DNA from: Chlamydiota bacterium
GTDB taxonomy: Bacteria; Auribacterota; Tritonobacteria; UBA1439
Reading direction: 5' to 3'
Length of the DNA stretch: 41,985 nucleotides
NCBI GenBank assembly: GCA_037133055.1
Contig: JBAXOY010000011.1
Coordinates: 1 to 41,985 of the forward strand
Shown here: positions 29,190 to 37,623 of the stretch, piece after piece
Layout of the letters: the number at the start of each line of letters is the position of its first letter
Numbering within the stretch: the first letter of the stretch is position 1
Notes under the pieces: generated by a model
Told to the model about the DNA's origin: nothing
The model's database searches: none
Seen by the model: the letters and a program-made list of their open reading frames with translations, nothing else
Program-made: the position numbers and the translations under genes

Positions 29190-30779
29190 TTATCGTGCGC
29201 CACCCGCGAGGTCGAACACCGCGCAGCGGCGCTTGCCCAGCCGTTCCTCGAAGAGAAACCGCAGTCGCGGGCCGAGCTCCTTTTCGACCGTCTCGCGCTC
29301 GCGGGAGGGCAGAACGAGAATCGCGGGTTGCGTTCCGTCGACGGCCCGGTGCAGGGCGGGGAGCGATTCTATGAACGACAGGGGCGCGGTCCCGGTGTGC
29401 CAGTACAGAAACTTCAGCCCGTCGGCGTCCTTCCCGATGCCGTAGAAAACGATCCGCTTTCCTCCCGCCGCGCGCTCGACCGCCTGCACGAACGGGCGCG
29501 CCTCCTCCCTCGCGGTCATCCTCGGCGAGTCGAACTGGCTGAAGGCGAGGAACCCGGCGGACAATGTCCAGGCAAGGAGCATGAACGACCCGTCGCCGTC
29601 TTTCCGACGAAGCGCGGGGACGAGGAGGGGGAGCAGGCACGCGGCGGCGATGCACCATGACAGGGCGGGAGAGGCGGCGGGGAGGAACACGGGGGCGATA
29701 GCGAGGACAAGAGCGCCCGCCGCGAGCAAGGCGAGGCAGACGCGCCAAACCCATGGTGTCACGAACGGCGCCCACGACGGCGCGCCGGTCGTGCGCAGAT
29801 CCTCCCAGAAGAACGCGGCGAGCATGGCGACGGGAGGCGCGGCGGGGAGAAGATAGCGGGAGTGCTTGATGCTCGCCAGGCTGAGGAGCGCGAATGTCGA
29901 GAGGAACCAGCACGCGCAGAACGAGTCGAACTCCCGCCGCTCAGGCTCGCCCCGCCGAAAAATCCGGCCCAGCGCGAAGACCGACCACGGGGCGAATCCC
30001 CCGAGAAAGACCCAGAGGTAGTAGATGCGGGACTGGTTCGCTTCGTCCCCGACGCGCTCGAAGAGCTGCGCGCCCATGAGCCTCGCGAGGGAATCCCTCC
30101 CTTCGGCGAAGAGGATCGCGGCCACGCAGATCGCGGAGAAGATCGTGAGGAAGAGGCCGAGTCTCAGGAGCAGGCCGAGAAGCTCGCGGATGCGCCCCCG
30201 GGCACACAGCCAGACCACTGCGGCGCAGAGGGGAACGGCGACGCCGATCGGCCCCTTGGTGAGCGCCCCCCCCGCGAGGCCCAGGCAGGCCGCGGCGATC
30301 CCCCCCCGCGCGCCCCCTAAGACGGACCACCGGCAGCCCGCGAGCGTCAGCGTGGTGAAGAAAACGAGCATCGCGTCGACGATCCCCTGCGAGGCGCAGG
30401 AGAAGAAGAGAGGGGTCAACGCGAGCGCGACTCCCGCCCTGAGCCCCGTCCCCGGGCGTTCGCACTCGGCCATGAAGTACACGAGCAGCAGGGTCCCCAG
30501 CGCGGCGAGCATCGAGGGGATGGCGAGGGAGAGCGGAATGATCGCGCCGAGGAGACGGGAAGACAGGGCGGCCGCGAGGAAGTAGAGGGGCGGGTAATCG
30601 AAGTACGGGGCGCCGTCGAGGCGGGGGATGAGCGAGGGGCCGTTATGCAGTATTTCGCGGATGAAGAGGGCGGTCCGGAACTCCATCCCCGTGAGCCCGC
30701 GGAACGCGGCGGCGGGGAGGAGCGTGAGCGCGCAGAGCCCCCCGAGGAGGGTGACGTGGAGCACCGTGCGGTTCTGCAT
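29190..30779 (-). CDS. ArnT/PMT-family (GT-C) membrane glycosyltransferase
   Basis: P.LDG.PYFDYPPLYF, D.MLVFF, LTKGPIG, F.PWS, K..RYLLP motifs; many TM helices. Confidence 0.88.
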   Translation of the reverse strand: MQNRTVLHVTLLGGLCALTLLPAAAFRGLTGMEFRTALFIREILHNGPSLIPRLDGAPYFDYPPLYFLAAALSSRLLGAIIPLSLAIPSMLAALGTLLLVYFMAECERPGTGLRAGVALALTPLFFSCASQGIVDAMLVFFTTLTLAGCRWSVLGGARGGIAAACLGLAGGALTKGPIGVAVPLCAAVVWLCARGRIRELLGLLLRLGLFLTIFSAICVAAILFAEGRDSLARLMGAQLFERVGDEANQSRIYYLWVFLGGFAPWSVFALGRIFRRGEPERREFDSFCACWFLSTFALLSLASIKHSRYLLPAAPPVAMLAAFFWEDLRTTGAPSWAPFVTPWVWRVCLALLAAGALVLAIAPVFLPAASPALSWCIAAACLLPLLVPALRRKDGDGSFMLLAWTLSAGFLAFSQFDSPRMTAREEARPFVQAVERAAGGKRIVFYGIGKDADGLKFLYWHTGTAPLSFIESLPALHRAVDGTQPAILVLPSRERETVEKELGPRLRFLFEERLGKRRCAVFDLAGGAR

Positions 30780-30845
30780 GAGGGCCCCTCCATGGCGGGC
30801 GGCGCGGCTGATGTGGTATAGTATAGCATTCCACGGGAGATTGCC

Positions 30846-32411
30846 ATGACATCCGGCGCGAAGGACGACCATATCCCCACGCCCGACGAACTCCAGAAGG
30901 AGCTCGCCGAGTTCTTCAAGAACAAGTTCGGCGGGAAGGCCATGGTGAGCATCTTCCCCCAGGCCGACGGGGGCCCGGGAGAGGAGGAGGCGGGCGCGGA
31001 GCAGGCCCCCCCCGACCTCAAGTTCGACCTGAAGCCGCGGGAGGTCAAGGACTATCTCGACCGGTTCGTGATCCGCCAGGACGAGGCGAAGAAGGTCCTC
31101 TCCATCGCCGTCTGCGACCACTACCACCACGCGGCGCGGTGCGCGGGAAAGGGCGGCTGCGGCGACTACGCCAAGCAGAACGTGATCCTCATCGGCCCCA
31201 CCGGGGTCGGGAAGACCTACCTCATCCGGTGCATCGCCCGCCTGATCGGCGTCCCGTTCGTGAAGGCGGACGCGACCAAGTTCAGCGAGACCGGCTACGT
31301 CGGGGGCGACGTGGAGGACCTCGTGCGCGACCTGGTCCACGAGGCGGACGGGGACATCGCCCGCGCGCAGTACGGGATCATCTACGTCGACGAGATCGAC
31401 AAGATCGCCTCCGCGCGCGACCACGCGGGGAGGGACGTGAGCGGTCACGGGGTGCAGACGGGGCTCCTCAAGCTCATGGAGGAGACCGAGGTGCCGCTCC
31501 GGAGCCCGATGGACATGGTCGGGCAGATCCAGGCGATGATGGAGTTCCAGAAGAAGGGGAAGATAAAGAAGAAGACGATCAACACCCGCCACATCCTCTT
31601 CATCGTCTCCGGGGCGTTCGAGCCTCTCGCGGAGATCGTCCAGAAGCGGCTCCGGAAGGGCGAGATCGGGTTCGGGGCGGGTATCGACGAGAAGAAGAAG
31701 CGCTTTGCGTATCTCCACGAGGCGCGCTCGAAGGACTACATCAAGTTCGGATTCGAACCGGAGTTCATCGGGCGGCTCCCGGTGCGGGTCGTCTGCGAGG
31801 AGCTCGATGAGGAGGACTTGTACCGCATCCTCAAGGGCTCGGAGGGCTCGATCGTCAGGCAGTACGAGGCCGCCTTCGACGCCTTCGGGATCAGGGTGGT
31901 CTTCTCCGACGAGGGGCTTCGCCACATCGCGACGAAGGCGCACCACGAGGAGACGGGCGCGCGCGGCCTGATGACGGTCTGCGAGCGGACGCTCAGGGAT
32001 TTCAAGTTCGAGCTCCCCTCGACCGGGATCAGGCACCTCGTGGTGACGGGGGAGATCGTCGAGGACCCGCGGGGCGAGCTCGCGAAGATCATCGCGGCGC
32101 CGCAGCTCGTGGAGCGCGCCTTCGCCGCCGAGCTCATCCACCAGTTCGAGAAGGAGTTCTCCCGGAAACACGGCATCGAGATCGCGTTCACGAAAACCGC
32201 GGCGGGGCTCGTCGTGAGCCAGGCCGAGGAGGTGAAGATGGACGTCCTCCAGCTCTGCCGGACCCTCCTCAAAGACTACGAGCACGGCCTGAACCTCATC
32301 AGGCGGAACACGGGGCAGGGCCGCTTCACCATCACGCGCGAGGCGGTGGGCGCCCCGGCGGAGACGCTCAATACGTGGATCAAGAAGTCGTACCGGAAAG
32401 AGAGAGGGTAG
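30846..32411 (+). CDS. ClpX-like AAA+ ATPase lacking the N-terminal zinc-binding domain
   Basis: GPTGVGKT, DATKFSETGYVG, VDEIDK, RDVSG.GVQ..LLKLME, IGF loop, PEFIGRLP, TGARGL. Confidence 0.88.
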   Translation: MTSGAKDDHIPTPDELQKELAEFFKNKFGGKAMVSIFPQADGGPGEEEAGAEQAPPDLKFDLKPREVKDYLDRFVIRQDEAKKVLSIAVCDHYHHAARCAGKGGCGDYAKQNVILIGPTGVGKTYLIRCIARLIGVPFVKADATKFSETGYVGGDVEDLVRDLVHEADGDIARAQYGIIYVDEIDKIASARDHAGRDVSGHGVQTGLLKLMEETEVPLRSPMDMVGQIQAMMEFQKKGKIKKKTINTRHILFIVSGAFEPLAEIVQKRLRKGEIGFGAGIDEKKKRFAYLHEARSKDYIKFGFEPEFIGRLPVRVVCEELDEEDLYRILKGSEGSIVRQYEAAFDAFGIRVVFSDEGLRHIATKAHHEETGARGLMTVCERTLRDFKFELPSTGIRHLVVTGEIVEDPRGELAKIIAAPQLVERAFAAELIHQFEKEFSRKHGIEIAFTKTAAGLVVSQAEEVKMDVLQLCRTLLKDYEHGLNLIRRNTGQGRFTITREAVGAPAETLNTWIKKSYRKERG

Positions 32412-32495
32412 GGGTCAAATCTTTAATCTTGAATCTTCCTGGGCGGATTACAGCGAGGTTAGAGAGAATTCAAGATTAAAGATTTGACCCCTACC
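32407..32495. mobile_element. MITE/REPIN-like element with perfect 28-bp inverted arms
   Basis: GGTAGGGGTCAAATCTTTAATCTTGAAT (32407-32434), 33-bp spacer, exact reverse complement at 32468-32495. Confidence 0.75.
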
Positions 32496-32533
32496 ACCCC
32501 CGAACACCGGAAGGCATAGGAATCCTGCGAACA

Positions 32534-33607
32534 ATGACACCCGAAAGGCCCGAGCCGCCGGCGAAAAAATCCATGTGGCACACAATCATTCCCCTAATAC
32601 AGAAGGGGACGCATTTCCTCGTCACCGGGCACGAGCACGCCGACGGCGACGCGCTCGGCTCACAGGTGGCGCTCTACTATTTTCTGAAGCAGATGGGGAA
32701 GCAGGTGCGGGCGGTGAACTGCGACGAGCCGCAACAGCGCCTCCGCTTCATCGACCCGGAAAACGTCATCGAGATCTACCCGCCGGGGGGCGGGGCGGGG
32801 TGGATCGGCCCGTGCGGCGCCTGGTTCGTCGTGGACACCTGCGCCCTGCTCCGCATCGGAGCAATGGGCGAGCTCGTTCCCCTCCTCCCCTGCCCGAAGA
32901 TCACCATCGACCACCACGTTTTCGCGAAGGAGGAGGTGTTCGCGGACCTGAACCTCGTCGACGAGAGGGCGGTGGCGACCGGGAAGCTCATCTATGCCCT
33001 CGGGCGCGCGCTCGGCTGCAGGATAGACCGGCGTATCGCTCTCGCGCTCTACGTGGCGATCTACACCGACAGCGGCGGGTTCATCTACACCACGATGGAC
33101 CCGGACACGCACCGTATCATCGCGGAGCTCATGGAGGCGGGCGTGAAGCCGTACGAGGTGTTCGACAAACTCTTCCAGACGCACACCGCCGCCGAGGCCG
33201 AGCTCTTCGGCCGCGCCATGAACTCGCTCAGGTTCGAGCACGGGGGGAGGATCGCCTGGATGACGGTGAGCAGCAGGATGTACGACGCCTCCGGGGCCGA
33301 CCCCGAGGGGAGCGAGATCTATCTCCTGAACTATGTGCGCGCAATCAAGACGGTCGAGGCGGTCATCCTGCTCCGCCAGCTCCACGACGGCAAGGTCAAG
33401 GTGAGCATGTGCTCGAAGAATTTCTTCCACGTGGACGGCATCGCCCGCGAACTCGGCGGGGGCGGGCACTGGATGGCCGCGGGCGCGATGGTCACCGGGA
33501 GCCTTCCGCACGTGCACGAGGAGATCAAGCAGCTCGTCTCCCGGGAGTGGCGGAAGCAGTGTCAGGAGTGGAAGAAGAAATCGCCGGGGGCACATCCCTG
33601 CGCGTGA
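32534..33607 (+). CDS. nrnA: DHH/DHHA1 phosphoesterase (NrnA-type oligoribonuclease/pAp phosphatase)
   Basis: HEHADGDALGS, VVDT, IDHH, TDSG.F, GGGGH..AAG. Confidence 0.88.
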   Translation: MTPERPEPPAKKSMWHTIIPLIQKGTHFLVTGHEHADGDALGSQVALYYFLKQMGKQVRAVNCDEPQQRLRFIDPENVIEIYPPGGGAGWIGPCGAWFVVDTCALLRIGAMGELVPLLPCPKITIDHHVFAKEEVFADLNLVDERAVATGKLIYALGRALGCRIDRRIALALYVAIYTDSGGFIYTTMDPDTHRIIAELMEAGVKPYEVFDKLFQTHTAAEAELFGRAMNSLRFEHGGRIAWMTVSSRMYDASGADPEGSEIYLLNYVRAIKTVEAVILLRQLHDGKVKVSMCSKNFFHVDGIARELGGGGHWMAAGAMVTGSLPHVHEEIKQLVSREWRKQCQEWKKKSPGAHPCA

Positions 33608-33721
33608 TCCCACGCCGGGAGTGGGACCGGCGATCGTGGAGGTATTTCTGTCGACAAGTCGGGTAGGTGCATACTATTCTTTGACTACGATTTGACATGG
33701 GGCGCGAAGTGGAGGTCGGAC

Positions 33722-34030
33722 ATGACGCTCACCGCGACGCAAAAGGAAGCTTTTAAAAAAGAGCTCGTATCGTGTCTGGGTCCTGCGAAAGAGATCCGCA
33801 AGATCGTGGTTTTCGGATCATTTGTCACAGACTCGCACCCCCACGACCTTGACGTCGCGGTGTTTCAAAACAGCCCGGACCCGTACCTGGCTCTCGCCCT
33901 GAAGTACCGCAAGATGACGCGTTCGATTTCCCGAAAAATCCCGATGGATATCATCCCACTGAAATCCGACAGCGCGCATTCCACCTTCCTCGCTCAGATT
34001 TCTCGCGGAGAGATTGTGTATGAAAAATGA
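33722..34030 (+). CDS. Minimal nucleotidyltransferase (MNT antitoxin)
   Basis: VVFGSF.......DLDVAV, DIIP, I..GEIVYE; SD GGAGG. Confidence 0.88.
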   Translation: MTLTATQKEAFKKELVSCLGPAKEIRKIVVFGSFVTDSHPHDLDVAVFQNSPDPYLALALKYRKMTRSISRKIPMDIIPLKSDSAHSTFLAQISRGEIVYEK

Positions 34031-34412
34031 AACGCGGCAGTGGTGTGCATATGCCGGGGATAATTATCAATCCGCATGTCTGTTGCTCAAGGAACGGCTG
34101 TATATTCCGTGTCTCCAAAATACACAGCAGGCGATCGAGAAATGGCTGAAGGCGGTTCTCATCGAGCGGGGAAAGTCGCCGCAAAAGACACACAGTACTG
34201 CCGGGTTGATCCAAACGCTGAAGGAGGAAGGGGCCGTTATTCCCCTCTCGGAAGACGAGACGGATCTGCTGGATGCGATCTATCTGCCGTCAAAATATCC
34301 GCTCGGCGACGCGTTGCCGGAGTTTGTCGCGGATGAAGCCATATGCCGACATTGCCTTGCTATTGCGGAACGGGTCAAAGGGGCTGTCATTCAGATATTA
34401 AAATCCTCCTGA
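34020..34412 (+). CDS. HEPN-domain protein (MNT-HEPN pair)
   Basis: W...A.D...A..L, QQAIEK.LKA.L, KTH, L...Y..S.YP; overlaps the MNT gene. Confidence 0.88.
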   Translation: MKNETRQWCAYAGDNYQSACLLLKERLYIPCLQNTQQAIEKWLKAVLIERGKSPQKTHSTAGLIQTLKEEGAVIPLSEDETDLLDAIYLPSKYPLGDALPEFVADEAICRHCLAIAERVKGAVIQILKSS

Positions 34413-34635
34413 AGACGAAAGACCCCGGTATGATTCCAGACCTCCTGACATAGGGGCATGACATTCTGTCCGCTTTAGACCCCTGCCGGCTTGTCCGGCA
34501 GGTGAATCAGTTCACTGGCTAAAGACCCCTGCCGGATCCAGAACTTTCTCCCCTGCCGTGCAAGGCGGCAGACGCGGACCGGTCCCCTCCCGACCTCGGA
34601 CGGCGTGAACGGCCGTGCGGGATGAGGAAGTAAGG

Positions 34636-35766
34636 ATGAATAGGTATGTACGCTATGGCATCCGCGCCAGGCTGGGTGTTGCCCTTTGTGCGCTCATAGG
34701 TTCCCTGGTTTTTGCGGAACTGCTTTTCCGCTTCCTGCTCACTACCGATTGTTCTTTGGTTCGCCGCGTTCGGAAACCCGACCTTTATGCAAGCTATTTC
34801 GGCGACAACGATTACTGGAAGCTTCAATATCTATGGATCAAACAATTCCTCCCACCTGCACACCCCCATCCCCTTTTGGGTTGGACAGGCGACTTTTCGC
34901 GGGATACGTATCTTCACAACAGAACGAAGGAATTGAACGGACGGCGTCCCGTTCTCCTCTACGGAGATTCGTTCGCACAGTGCTTGCAGGTACGGTGCTT
35001 CCAGGATATTCTCAACGAGGATCCTGCGTTCAACGCGCAGTACTTCATGCTGAACTACGGAGTCGGTGGGTATGGTATGGACCAGTCGTATCTCCTACTG
35101 CGGGAGTCGATCGATTTGTACGATAACCCGTTTGTCATCTTCAGCATGTATTGGGAAAACATAGATAGAAACCTGCTCTCCGTTCGCACGGGACAGAAAC
35201 CGTACTTCAGGATGGTCGATGGCACTTTGTGTCTACAGGGCGTTCCGATCAACAGTGATTCCGAGGCATTTTTCATGGACAACCCCCCTGCCATACCATC
35301 GTATCTCTGGAGGCTGCTCCTTTATCTTACCACCAGGGAAACAGCTTATGAAAGTCCTCGGCGTCGCGAGGAGAAAAAGGTTCTCGCCAGCGCGATTCTC
35401 ACGAGTGTAATAGCAGAATGCAGAAGTCGCAATCTGGATTTGATCTTCATTGTCTTCTATGACCACTGGGCCGGCCCACTCGGCTGGAGAGGCAGTTTCT
35501 TGAAGGAATATTTCAAGGGCCGTGGTGTGCCCTATATATGGTCGGTGGATGTCATCCGACAGAAGGCGGATGGAGTCCCTCTCCGAGATCTGATATCGCC
35601 TGAAACAGGGCACCCCACCGCCCGTTACAATAGCTTTATTGCCGAGGAGATTAAGAGGCATGTCCTGCTATTCCCGCGCATGCACGAGAACGAAGGTGAT
35701 CCGTCAAACCGGTCGCAAGCGCACCGGCCACCGGTTTCAGGGCAGGAACTTCTAGGGGTGCCTTAG
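34636..35766 (+). CDS. Membrane-anchored SGNH/GDSL-type hydrolase or acyltransferase
   Basis: N-terminal TM helix; block I LYGDSF; NYGVGGYGMDQ; C-terminal GHPT; visibly lower GC than the core genes. Confidence 0.75.
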   Translation: MNRYVRYGIRARLGVALCALIGSLVFAELLFRFLLTTDCSLVRRVRKPDLYASYFGDNDYWKLQYLWIKQFLPPAHPHPLLGWTGDFSRDTYLHNRTKELNGRRPVLLYGDSFAQCLQVRCFQDILNEDPAFNAQYFMLNYGVGGYGMDQSYLLLRESIDLYDNPFVIFSMYWENIDRNLLSVRTGQKPYFRMVDGTLCLQGVPINSDSEAFFMDNPPAIPSYLWRLLLYLTTRETAYESPRRREEKKVLASAILTSVIAECRSRNLDLIFIVFYDHWAGPLGWRGSFLKEYFKGRGVPYIWSVDVIRQKADGVPLRDLISPETGHPTARYNSFIAEEIKRHVLLFPRMHENEGDPSNRSQAHRPPVSGQELLGVP

Positions 35767-35826
35767 CTTTTTTGGTAGATAGACGTCGATGACGTAGTTC
35801 AGGTCGTGCTTCGCGAACGCATGCTG
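35737..35826 (-). pseudogene. Duplicated, inactivated 3' end (30 codons) of top6A
   Basis: Reads QHAFAKHDLNYVIDVYLPKKLRHP*KFLP*. 77/90 nt identical to 36516-36605 with no gaps; 41-bp exact core 35780-35820 = 36559-36599. Confidence 0.92.
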
Positions 35827-35867
35827 CCCGATGTCGACGGTTGCCTTTGTAATTTTGGAATGAGCGA

Positions 35868-35914
35868 TTGACAGTGCCCGTTAAAGGTGCTATATTCGGT
35901 ACAATAATCAGTAC
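35868..35914 (+). promoter_or_regulatory. TA promoter and operator
   Basis: TTGACA-17 bp-TATATT with extended TG; GTAC-N8-GTAC (35899-35914) resembles Phd/YefM operators. Confidence 0.7.
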
Positions 35915-35929
35915 TATAGGGAGGGGCAC

Positions 35930-36181
35930 ATGAACATACTGGCGGCCCAGGAGATCAAAAGGCGGGGGATTGCCGCAGTGGACGGCCTCATCGGGAAAGG
36001 CCCGGTGCGCATCGTGAAGAATAACCGGCCCCGCTATGTGGTGATGAGCGAGGAAGAGTATGAAACGCTCATGGCGGATCTTTCCGAGGCGCGCCTCGCG
36101 GCCTCGGAGGCAGACCTCAAGGCGGGCCGCGTCCGCAGGGGCAGCGCCGCCCGGTTGATTGCGGAATTGAAGCAGGGATAG
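35930..36181 (+). CDS. Phd/YefM family antitoxin
   Basis: A.EIKRRG......GPV.IVKNNRP.YVVMSEEEYE.L; SD GGAGG. Confidence 0.88.
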   Translation: MNILAAQEIKRRGIAAVDGLIGKGPVRIVKNNRPRYVVMSEEEYETLMADLSEARLAASEADLKAGRVRRGSAARLIAELKQG

Positions 36182-36188
36182 GCCGGCG

Positions 36189-36485
36189 ATGCCCTCTTCA
36201 TCCCCGCTGCATACGCTGGCCTGGTCGGCGACATTTATCCGCACCGCCCGCAAATTCCTGGAGCGGCATCCGGATCTTCGGGGCGTATTCGAGGACGTGC
36301 TGCGGCAGTTGGAACGAGATCCCCGTGCAGCCCGCCTTCGTCTCCATGCCCTGCGAGGCCGCTACCGGGGAAAACATGCCGTCAGCCCGACCTATGAGTA
36401 TCGCATCGTCCTCATCTTGAGGCTTGCTGAGAAGGAGGTCATCCTGCTCGATGTTGGCACCCATGATGACGTGTACCTGGGATGA
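36189..36485 (+). CDS. RelE/YafQ-like type II toxin
   Basis: F.RTA.KF...HP, L..DP....LRLH.L.G, YRIV, LLDVGTHDDVY. Confidence 0.85.
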   Translation: MPSSSPLHTLAWSATFIRTARKFLERHPDLRGVFEDVLRQLERDPRAARLRLHALRGRYRGKHAVSPTYEYRIVLILRLAEKEVILLDVGTHDDVYLG

Positions 36486-36515
36486 GAGAAGGTGCATCGG
36501 GGTCACCGAGATGAA

Positions 36516-37604
36516 TCAGGGGAGGAACTTCTCGGGATTTTTCAGTTTCTTCGGCAGGTAGACGTCGATGACGTAGTTCAGGTCGTGCTTCGCGAACGCC
36601 TGCTGCTCCACCCTCACCCCCATCGCGATCATCTGCTCGATCGCCTGCTGCCACGCCTTCTCATGTTTGATGAACGGGTCGTTCGAGAGGGCGTCCTTCG
36701 CGCGCTTGATGTCCACCTCTTTCAATGGGTGGGTGGCGTCCTCGAGCTTGTAGTCGATGATATCCTGGGGCGTTACGCCGAGGTAGTGGGCCTGGGGGAC
36801 GCAGAAGAATTTATTGATGTGGGCCGCGTTCCCGGAGCCGACCTTGAGGGTCCGGTAGATGTTGGTGATCCCGTACGGGTCGCCGTCCACGAAGGCGTAG
36901 ACGGGGATCTTCTTCTCGTCCGCGAGCCGGCGGATGAAGCGCCGGCAGGCGCGCGTGGGCACCCCCCCCATCGAGACGAGGATGCAGTTCGCCTGCTTCC
37001 AGAAGTTGTGCTTTACGAGGCGCTGGAACATGCCGGCGGTTTCGATCGCGAGGATGAAGCTCGCGCCGGTCTGGAACTCGATTTCCTCGACGGAGATCGG
37101 GATCGAGTAGGCCCCGGAGCCGAACCGGGTGCAGTCGATCTTGAGCTTCTTTCCCGTGTCGGCGTCGCGGTCCACGACGACCAGCCTCCCCGCCACCTCG
37201 CCGCCCTTCTCCTCGGGGATGAAGCCGAGCTGCTCGCGGTTCACCTCGAAGAGGGCCTCGATGTCGTCCATCACCGCGTCGGACTCCGGCTGCTCGTCGA
37301 AGCGCGCGTCGCCCCAGTTCTTCGAGACGTAGTACGCCTCCCTCTTCGTGGCGATGTCGTCCTGGCGAAGGAGGTCGTTCGAGAGCGACATCATCTTCAG
37401 GCTCTGGGCGAACGTCTTGGCGGTCCCCACGGTGAGGGTCCGCACCTTCTTCCGGCGCCCGATCTCGAAATAGCCGGACTTCGGGTTGTAGCGGACGTTG
37501 TCGAGCGAGCGGATGGGGAGGTTCAGGGACGGCTTCTTTTTCTTGAGCACCGTCCGGTAGATGTCCTGGGCCGTCTGCCGTATCTTTGCGGATGCCTTGT
37601 TCAT
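36516..37604 (-). CDS. top6A: DNA topoisomerase VI subunit A (Spo11-like)
   Basis: TKREAYY (catalytic Tyr), FDEQPESD....DIE, Toprim IETAGMF and DGDPYG, GVP.RA.RRFIR. Confidence 0.95.
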   Translation of the reverse strand: MNKASAKIRQTAQDIYRTVLKKKKPSLNLPIRSLDNVRYNPKSGYFEIGRRKKVRTLTVGTAKTFAQSLKMMSLSNDLLRQDDIATKREAYYVSKNWGDARFDEQPESDAVMDDIEALFEVNREQLGFIPEEKGGEVAGRLVVVDRDADTGKKLKIDCTRFGSGAYSIPISVEEIEFQTGASFILAIETAGMFQRLVKHNFWKQANCILVSMGGVPTRACRRFIRRLADEKKIPVYAFVDGDPYGITNIYRTLKVGSGNAAHINKFFCVPQAHYLGVTPQDIIDYKLEDATHPLKEVDIKRAKDALSNDPFIKHEKAWQQAIEQMIAMGVRVEQQAFAKHDLNYVIDVYLPKKLKNPEKFLP

Positions 37605-37623
37605 GGGAATACCACCTTCTCAA

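Noticed and set aside
35737..36605. Diversity-generating retroelement template/variable repeat pair
   Set aside because: Mismatches are not confined to adenines of either copy, about half are synonymous, and no reverse transcriptase gene is in the window.
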